From Allomuricauda sp. d1 (GTDB taxonomy: Bacteria > Bacteroidota > Bacteroidia > Flavobacteriales > Flavobacteriaceae), in assembly GCF_039592695.1 (NCBI RefSeq), contig NZ_JBBUTK010000003.1, positions 564,244 to 588,243 on the forward strand: DNA of 24,000 nucleotides, read 5' to 3'. The translations under genes and the position numbers were made by a program. How positions within the stretch are numbered: position 1 is the first letter of the stretch; the number at the start of each line of letters is the position of its first letter. This document shows, in pieces, positions 17,570-23,487 of the stretch. The notes beneath the pieces are model-generated. The model saw only the letters and a program-made list of their open reading frames with translations. It was not told where the DNA came from and did no database searches.

Positions 17570-18397
17570 GTGCCAAAAAATAAAATCATACCGTACAATC
17601 CCAAGCTAAAGGAATATGCCCGTCAATTGCGTAAAAACAGCACCTTGTCAGAGACATTGCTTTGGCAAAGCATAAAAAACAGGGCGCTTGGGGTGCAGTT
17701 TCATCGTCAAGTGCCCCTACTTGAATATATTGTCGATTTTTATTGCCATGAAATTAAACTGGCCATCGAAATAGACGGTGATTCACATGAATACCGTTAC
17801 GAACAAGATGCTAAACGTCAAGGTGAGTTGGAAAAAAGAGGGGTTGAATTCATCCGGTTTTCAGACAATACGGTTAAAAATGATATGTTCAGCGTGCTGT
17901 TGGCGTTGGAGGAAAAGCTTAAAAATCTTGTGGAAAACACCCCCCTTGATCCTAACTCAAAGGGGGGGTCAAGAATAGCTTCACCAACATCCCCCTTCCT
18001 CCCCCCTCAAGGGGGGAATAAGTTTCCAAAAAAAGAAAGGCTGAAATCACAAAAGCTTATTGAACAGGTTTTTTTGGATGGAAAGGCCGTGACCCAATTC
18101 CCCATAAAACTTATCTATCTCAAACATGGGCTGATAGCGTCGCCCACCGTACAGGCCGGTTTTGTCGCCCCAAAGAAAAACTTTAAAAGTGCCGTCAAGC
18201 GCAACCGTATCAAACGCCTGCTCAGAGAGACGTACCGCCTCAATAAGCATACCCTTTTTAACAACATAGAGGGAAATTATGCGTTGATGATTTTATATCT
18301 TGGGAAGGAGTTGCCACAGTACAAGGCCATAGAGGAAAAAATGGTGGCCGTGTTGGGCGCATTCATAAAAAAAGTCTCAAATGAAGAACGTACGTAA
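17570..18397 (+). CDS. rnpA: single 275-codon ORF: N-terminal DUF559 (Vsr-like endonuclease-fold) domain fused in frame to the RNase P protein component
   Basis: Residues 1-~120 (IPYNPKLKEYARQLRKNSTLSETLLW...YIVDFYCHEIKLAIEIDGDSH...GVEFIRFSDNTV) are typical DUF559. From ~18020 onward (FPKKERLKSQKLIEQVF...FKSAVKRNRIKRLLRE) the sequence is typical RnpA. There is no stop codon between the two parts and no ATG at the usual RnpA start. The only in-frame alternative start nearby is GTG at 17930. Confidence 0.75.
   Translation: MPKNKIIPYNPKLKEYARQLRKNSTLSETLLWQSIKNRALGVQFHRQVPLLEYIVDFYCHEIKLAIEIDGDSHEYRYEQDAKRQGELEKRGVEFIRFSDNTVKNDMFSVLLALEEKLKNLVENTPLDPNSKGGSRIASPTSPFLPPQGGNKFPKKERLKSQKLIEQVFLDGKAVTQFPIKLIYLKHGLIASPTVQAGFVAPKKNFKSAVKRNRIKRLLRETYRLNKHTLFNNIEGNYALMILYLGKELPQYKAIEEKMVAVLGAFIKKVSNEERT
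17940..18016. repeat. G/C palindromes on the right flank of the DUF559 domain: CCCCCCTTGA-TCCTAAC-TCAAAGGGGGGG and CCCCCC-TCAA-GGGGGG
   Basis: Hairpins at 17940-17968 and 18001-18016. They lie inside the ORF and encode the linker TPLDPNSKGG...LPPQGG. Confidence 0.6.
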
Positions 18398-20003
18398 GAA
18401 AATAATCGTTTCCGTTTTTGCGGTGTCAATGTTGGTGGTCGGAAGCAGTTTTAAGAGCGATTTCTTTGAAATTGCAAAACAGATTGAAATTTTCACCACC
18501 CTGTTCAAAGAGCTCAATATGAACTATGTTGACGAGACGAATCCCGCAGAATTGATGGATTCTGCCATCAAAAACATGCTCAATGAGCTGGACCCCTACA
18601 CCCGCTTCTTGAACGAGCAAGATGTTGAGGCGTATAAAATCAACAATGCCGGCGAGTACTCAGGCATAGGGGCTTTGGTGCGTTCTTTTGATGACCGGTT
18701 GCTCATCATTGAGGCCTACAAAGACTATCCCGCCGACAAAGCGGGGCTCAAGGCAGGTGATGAAATTGTGAAGATTGGCGATATTGAGGTAAAAGATTTT
18801 CAGGACAACGCCAGCGAGCTGCTGAAGGGGGCCAATGACAGCGAGATTGAAATCGCCTACAAAAGACAGGGGCAAACCAAAACCGCAACCATCAAGAGAG
18901 CTGGGGTCGAGGTCGATGCCGTGCCTTTTTATGACATGGTCGATGACAAAACAGGGTATGTCGTGCTGTCTAAATTCAACCGAAAGGCATCAAGCCAAAC
19001 AAAGTCTGCCATTCAAGACTTAAAGGGCAAGGGTGCCGAACGATTGATACTTGACTTAAGGGGCAATCCCGGGGGGCTGCTTTCCGAAGCCATCAACGTC
19101 ACCAATCTGTTCGTGCCCAAAGGGGAGCTCATCGTGACCACAAAATCCAAGGTCAAAAAATTCAACCAAGAATACAAAACGAAAAACCAGCCCGAAGATA
19201 CTGATATTCCGCTTGTGGTGTTAATAGATGGCAGCAGTGCCTCGGCCAGTGAAATCGTTTCCGGGGGGCTTCAAGACCTCGACCGTGCAGTCATCATGGG
19301 CGCCCGCAGTTTTGGCAAGGGCTTGGTGCAGCGACCTTTGAAATTGACCTACGGCACACAGCTGAAGGTCACCATTTCAAGATATTACACCCCATCTGGA
19401 AGGTGCATCCAGTCTTTGGACTACTGGAACAGGGATGAAGACGGCAAAGCGGTCAGAAATACGGTATACAACAATTTCGCCACCCGAAATGGTCGCAAAG
19501 TACAAGATGGTGGCGGGGTGATGCCCGATATTGAGATTGCTTCCATCAAATCGAATGCTTTGATTGAAAGTCTTGAAAGAAACAATATCATCTTTGATTT
19601 TGCAACTTCCTTTTTCTACAAAAACGATTTTTCTTCGGTGGCAGATTTTAGTTTTTCCGCAGCTGACTACAATGATTTCAAAGGTTTTGCCAAAACCCAA
19701 GATTTCAGCCTAGAGACCCAGTCAGAACAACTACTGGAAGAGGCCATGAACAATGAAGAAGGGGTCTTGGGACCAACCGTGCAGGCCAAGTACAAAGACT
19801 TGCTGTTGGCCATCGGCCAGGGCAAGATCTCATCGTTGGATACGTACCAGACCGAAATACAAAAAAAGTTGGAAGATGAACTCATCAAACGCTATTTTTA
19901 CCGCGATGGCCTTTATGAATACTATCTTTCGAACGATGATGCCATTTTGACGGCAAAGACCCTATTGGCCGACAACGACAAGTACCTCGGTATTTTACAG
20001 TAA
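18381..20003 (+). CDS. S41-family C-terminal processing peptidase (PDZ domain-containing)
   Basis: PDZ segment (GIGALV...AGLKAGDEIVKIGD) plus the S41 motifs DLRGNPGGLL, SASASEIV and FGKGLVQ. Overlaps the rnpA ORF end by 17 nt. Confidence 0.88.
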   Translation: MKNVRKKIIVSVFAVSMLVVGSSFKSDFFEIAKQIEIFTTLFKELNMNYVDETNPAELMDSAIKNMLNELDPYTRFLNEQDVEAYKINNAGEYSGIGALVRSFDDRLLIIEAYKDYPADKAGLKAGDEIVKIGDIEVKDFQDNASELLKGANDSEIEIAYKRQGQTKTATIKRAGVEVDAVPFYDMVDDKTGYVVLSKFNRKASSQTKSAIQDLKGKGAERLILDLRGNPGGLLSEAINVTNLFVPKGELIVTTKSKVKKFNQEYKTKNQPEDTDIPLVVLIDGSSASASEIVSGGLQDLDRAVIMGARSFGKGLVQRPLKLTYGTQLKVTISRYYTPSGRCIQSLDYWNRDEDGKAVRNTVYNNFATRNGRKVQDGGGVMPDIEIASIKSNALIESLERNNIIFDFATSFFYKNDFSSVADFSFSAADYNDFKGFAKTQDFSLETQSEQLLEEAMNNEEGVLGPTVQAKYKDLLLAIGQGKISSLDTYQTEIQKKLEDELIKRYFYRDGLYEYYLSNDDAILTAKTLLADNDKYLGILQ

Positions 20004-20016
20004 TCAAACTTATTCG

Positions 20017-21084
20017 CTACAACGCGTCTAAAGGACTGGTGATCTTTGAAAGGCTTCTGGGGGTGACCTTGGTGTACACCTGGGTCGTTTTTATAGAGTT
20101 ATGCCCCAACAATTCTTGAATAAAGCGCATATCGGCCCCAGATTCCAGCAAATGGGTGGCATAGCTGTGGCGAAGGCCGTGAATGCCGATAGTTTTATGA
20201 ACACCCGCCTTTCTCATGGCCGTTTTAAAGACATTTTGCACACTGACCTTGGCATATTGACCCCCATATTGCCCTTCCAACAGATAATTCTGAGGACGGT
20301 ACTCTAGGTAATACCTTCTCAATAGCGGTAAAAGACTTACGGGAAGCGGTACATACCTGTCCTTTTTTCCTTTGGCACCTCGAATGTGCACCATCATACG
20401 CTCACTGTCGATGTCACCAATCTTCAGGTTTACCACTTCTGACACCCGTAGCCCCATGCCATAGGCCAGTTGTAGGGCCACAAGATGTTTTATGTTTGAT
20501 GTTACCGAGAGTATTCTCTTGACCTCATTCTTGCTCAGTGCCTTTGGCAGCACTTGGGGTTTTTTGGGCCTGGGAATGTCAAAAAACATTTTTGGCCGAT
20601 GCAGCACCTGTTCATAATAAAACTTAATGGCATTGATTTTACCATTAAGTTTTCGTTCAGCCATCTGCTCTTTTTGCACACAATACAGAAAATAGTCTTT
20701 TAGCCGCTTGGGGGTCATTTTTTCAACAGGAAAATCTTTTAAAAGCAGTAGCAGATGGTAGAACTCGCTTAAATATTGTTTGATGGTGTTCTGACTGTAC
20801 TGTTTTAGTTTCAATTGTTCATGCATTGAAACATACGCTTGGCGATTGACTTGGTTCACTTTTGACAGTTTTGAACCGATTGTGGGTTTGGGCCCAAGTT
20901 GAAGTGCCTTTCGCACGCTAGGCAAGTCTGGCAGGTACCATGCTTTTTTGGTCTTGCTCCATTTTGCAGAAGGAAATCTTGACCTCAACGCCTCTTGCAG
21001 ATTTTTATCAAACACAAAGCGAACCTGAATGATCGGTCGACCTCGATGCTGGCCAAAGGAGAAGTGATATTTTGAAAAATCCAC
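20017..21084 (-). CDS. tyrosine-type site-specific recombinase (XerC/D-like catalytic domain with a Bacteroidota-type N-terminal domain); not a canonical IntI
   Basis: Catalytic residues are present: GLRVSE (Arg I), HGLRHSYATHLL (His-x-x-Arg) and LLGHNSIKTTQVYTKV (His/Tyr). There is a SAM-like core-binding domain (TIKQYLSEFYHLL). The N-terminus HRGRPIIQVRFVFD...KWSKTKKAWYLP is seen in many Bacteroidota integrases. GTG start at 21084. The spacing between GAKGKKDR and HGLRHS is too short to hold the IntI-specific additional domain. Confidence 0.9.
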   Translation of the reverse strand: MDFSKYHFSFGQHRGRPIIQVRFVFDKNLQEALRSRFPSAKWSKTKKAWYLPDLPSVRKALQLGPKPTIGSKLSKVNQVNRQAYVSMHEQLKLKQYSQNTIKQYLSEFYHLLLLLKDFPVEKMTPKRLKDYFLYCVQKEQMAERKLNGKINAIKFYYEQVLHRPKMFFDIPRPKKPQVLPKALSKNEVKRILSVTSNIKHLVALQLAYGMGLRVSEVVNLKIGDIDSERMMVHIRGAKGKKDRYVPLPVSLLPLLRRYYLEYRPQNYLLEGQYGGQYAKVSVQNVFKTAMRKAGVHKTIGIHGLRHSYATHLLESGADMRFIQELLGHNSIKTTQVYTKVTPRSLSKITSPLDAL

Positions 21085-21235
21085 TTAGGTGTTTTGTATA
21101 TCTTCTTTTCAAAGATATATGTTTTATATACAAAATGCCCAACACAATGATGTATTTATATTTTGCGTTATTATTGCGATACAAAAGAATATAAGTACTT
21201 TAGGGTGGGTTATATAAAACTACACCTATTTACGT
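21085..21235. promoter_or_regulatory. attI-like / divergent promoter region with nested palindromes
   Basis: TTTTGTATAT (21092-21101) pairs with ATATACAAAA (21126-21135), with inner ATATCTT (21098-21104) / AAGATAT (21112-21118). There is an imperfect inverted repeat GTATTTATATTTTG (21152-21165) / CAAAAGAATATAAGTAC (21182-21198). The region ends at the first G|TTAGGC junction. Confidence 0.5.
21110..21117 (-). promoter_or_regulatory. candidate -7 box (TATCTTTG on the minus strand) for the recombinase gene
   Basis: Exact TAnnTTTG match on the minus strand, 25 nt upstream of the GTG start at 21084, embedded in the palindrome. Motif match only. Confidence 0.3.
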
Positions 21236-21247
21236 GTTAGGCAACAT

Positions 21248-21985
21248 ATGAGACAACTTAACATTCACGAATTGGAAAGCAAAACGCACGACTATTTTTT
21301 GGACGTGGAATATGCCCAGCATAATGACGTGAAAAATAAGTTAACTCAACTAATGAATTTTTTGAGCAGCCAAGATATATCCAAGAACATTCTAGAGAGG
21401 ATAAAAGAAGATTACAATGATTTATATCAAAAACTTGACCCCCTTAATGACCAATCCCCAGAAAGAACCAAAAGAGATATTATAGAACAACTTTTAACAC
21501 CAGACCACCAAGGAGCCTTTGGATATTTTCTCATTGAAAAGAAGTTCAAAGAGCCAAGAAAAGTTTCTCAACATTATATCGATTTATCCTGGAAGTGGTA
21601 CAGTCGAGGACATAATTATAATGAACAACAAGATGGTTTTAATTTCTATTTTTTAAAACCTTTTAAAGAGTTATTCGACTGGTATTTATCTGAAAGTCAA
21701 ACCGAAAAGGAATCGGACTTTTTTTCATATAAAAGTCAAGAAAAAGTCTTTGAAAAATTAGATAACCTTGAGGAAATGCTAACAAAACAAGGATTTGGAC
21801 AAGGGATAATCTTTAATGAAATTGAGGAACTAAAGGAATTGACTAAAAAGCTGAATAAAAAAAATTGGAGTGAAATCATTAAAGGTAAGTTCGTGGACTT
21901 AGCCTTAGGAGGTATTCTAACAAAAGAAGCTGCAATCAAAGCAATTGAATTCCTAACTGGAACGGAACTGAATTTATTAAAATAA
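21248..21985 (+). CDS. cassette 1 ORF: hypothetical protein, 245 aa, no family recognised
   Basis: Clean ATG-to-TAA ORF that starts 12 nt after the junction. It is AT-rich, rich in Lys, Glu and Asn, and predicted soluble and helical. No motifs I can name. Confidence 0.7.
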   Translation: MRQLNIHELESKTHDYFLDVEYAQHNDVKNKLTQLMNFLSSQDISKNILERIKEDYNDLYQKLDPLNDQSPERTKRDIIEQLLTPDHQGAFGYFLIEKKFKEPRKVSQHYIDLSWKWYSRGHNYNEQQDGFNFYFLKPFKELFDWYLSESQTEKESDFFSYKSQEKVFEKLDNLEEMLTKQGFGQGIIFNEIEELKELTKKLNKKNWSEIIKGKFVDLALGGILTKEAAIKAIEFLTGTELNLLK

Positions 21986-21989
21986 ATAC

Positions 21990-22120
21990 GTTGCCTAACA
22001 ATGGCTATAATTCAGCTTTGCCCTCTGCCCTACTTGAAAATCTATATCTTTAAATCGGCTGGATTTCGAAGCTGGAAAATCCCGTTGGGATTTCCCAAGC
22101 CGAAATCATAGCCGAGACCG
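21990..22120 (+). repeat. attC-like recombination site of cassette 1 (~131 bp imperfect hairpin)
   Basis: GTTGCCTAAC (21990-21999) is the reverse complement of GTTAGGCAAC (21236-21245). GGCTATAATTCAGCTT (22003-22018) pairs imperfectly with AAGCCGAAATCATAGCC (22097-22113). An inner hairpin lies at 22074-22095. The site ends GAGACCG|TT. Confidence 0.7.
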
Positions 22121-22143
22121 TTGTGGGTAATGTTGACCAACCA

Positions 22144-22980
22144 ATGGAAATAAACGAACAAGCAAAATATATTGACCATTTTTTAAGAGAATTATATAAT
22201 TCATCTTTTGCTACATCATTAGCAATGGGAATTGAAATGAAACAATTACCAAGTCAACAGAACAAAGAGAAATTTAAGACATTAGAATACATCTTGGAAG
22301 AATTAGAATTGGTCGAATTTGTGCTTGGAAGAGATAATTCAACTTTGAGCGGACAATGTGAATATCACATAAGTGGGAAAGGTCGTGAGCTGGTCGAAAG
22401 AAACGAATCAAGTATTGGATTACTTTTAGAAAGAGAAATTCAAAATGTGACAAAAAATAATCCTTTGTTTGACGACAAAGAATGGGATAAATATTATGAC
22501 CGACTTCTTGAAAAAAGAGCTGACCAAGCAGATTTTTTTCTTGATATGATAATTGAGAAGAAACTCATAAATCTTGACAAATCTACATTGAGAAAATATT
22601 TTAAAGAATGGTTCAAAGAAAATCAAGAATTCGATTTACAAATAAAGAATGGAGATTTGGCAATAGAAGATGGTGATTTACAAACTGTACCTGACTTCAG
22701 CGAAGAAAACATACCTGAATTTATTAAATGGTTTCAGGAAAAAGGAAATGAATTTATGGACTTTCTAAAAGAAAAAGGGTTAAGTGTTCAAGAAAACTCA
22801 AAAGAACAGATTATTAACCAAGGAAATCTTATAATAAACAAGGATTCTAAAATTAAAACTCAATCCATTGGAGAAGAAAAAGAACAAAAAGAATCGAATT
22901 GGAATAAAACAAACGTTATCATAGCTTTAGTAGTTGGAATAGCGACAATTATAGGTGTGATTTGGCAAATAATAGGATAA
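22144..22980 (+). CDS. cassette 2 ORF: hypothetical tail-anchored membrane protein, ~278 aa
   Basis: The ORF is open from GTG 22123, which lies inside the junction core, but ATG 22144 (MEINEQAKY) is more plausible. There is a single C-terminal TM helix, NVIIALVVGIATIIGVIWQIIG. AT-rich, and no family recognised. Confidence 0.7.
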   Translation: MEINEQAKYIDHFLRELYNSSFATSLAMGIEMKQLPSQQNKEKFKTLEYILEELELVEFVLGRDNSTLSGQCEYHISGKGRELVERNESSIGLLLEREIQNVTKNNPLFDDKEWDKYYDRLLEKRADQADFFLDMIIEKKLINLDKSTLRKYFKEWFKENQEFDLQIKNGDLAIEDGDLQTVPDFSEENIPEFIKWFQEKGNEFMDFLKEKGLSVQENSKEQIINQGNLIINKDSKIKTQSIGEEKEQKESNWNKTNVIIALVVGIATIIGVIWQIIG

Positions 22981-22987
22981 AAAACAC

Positions 22988-23117
22988 TACCCACAACAAC
23001 GTGTATAGCTCATTGCGGCTCTAATGGTTATTTGAATCTATTTTCCTACAAACAATCTTTACATTCTTCGGAATAAAACGTACCTTAAATCCCGCAACGA
23101 AGCCATACACAATACCG
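22988..23117 (+). repeat. attC-like recombination site of cassette 2 (~130 bp imperfect hairpin)
   Basis: TACCCACAAC (22988-22997) is the reverse complement of GTTGTGGGTA (22120-22129). GTGTATAGCTCATTGCGG (23001-23018) pairs with CCGCAACGAAGCCATACAC (23092-23110). An inner ATTC-TTCG-GAAT hairpin lies at 23063-23074. The 3-nt versus 6-nt internal loop is the same as in site 1. Confidence 0.7.
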
Positions 23118-23470
23118 ATGATGTCGAATACGCCTGCGGCGTACTTTTGCTGCACTGCTGGCGCAGTCACCGCACCAAAAGCGAGTCGACATCATCGCCG
23201 CGCTATGCCAGATTGCAAAGACCGCAGGATAAGGGACATTCTTGACAATATCGCCGCAACGGCTCAACTACTCGACATATCGGGACGCTATATGCAATCT
23301 GGTCGACTGATTTTATTCCCAATACCGCAAAATCCACAAGGAAACGTCCGCTGGTGCGGACTCCTTGGCGAACAATGCCGCAGGGTAAACCCGATGCCAA
23401 TCCCAGCGGCATTGTTGAAAGGATTTTGCTATATTTCCATAAAATCCGCCGGACTTCACATAGCGCGGCG
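23118..23470 (+). other. cassette 3: GC-rich, repeat-dense unit without a convincing ORF (possible ncRNA, decayed cassette or stack of recombination-site remnants)
   Basis: It is bounded by junctions G|ATGATGTCGA (23117) and GCGCGGCG|TTGTGG (23470). Several internal inverted and direct repeats are listed in the findings. The composition is clearly more GC-rich than both neighbours. Confidence 0.55.
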
Positions 23471-23487
23471 TTGTGGTTAATTTTCCA

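Noticed and set aside
23024-23191. 56-codon open frame on the minus strand with a protein-like hydrophobic stretch (LAFGAVTAPAVQQKYAAGVFDIIGIVYGFVAGFKVRF)
   Set aside because: It has no ATG (only an internal GTG) and is below the size cut-off. It crosses the cassette 2/3 junction and the right arm of site 2. It could be a remnant of a degraded gene, but I cannot support a call.
21990-23470. CRISPR array as an explanation for the repeated sites
   Set aside because: The sites are ~130 bp, differ in sequence and are spaced ~1 kb apart with full-length ORFs between them. There are no short identical direct repeats and no cas genes.
23118-23480. 120-codon plus-strand ORF that starts exactly at the cassette 3 junction (ATGATG) and ends just past the next junction
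   Set aside because: The translation (MMSNTPAAYFCCTAGAVTAPKASRHHRRAMPDCKDRR...) is rich in Arg, Cys and Ala, as random translation of GC-rich DNA tends to be. It would have to read straight through both arms of the recombination site and several perfect hairpins. I keep it only as an alternative to test under the cassette 3 finding.
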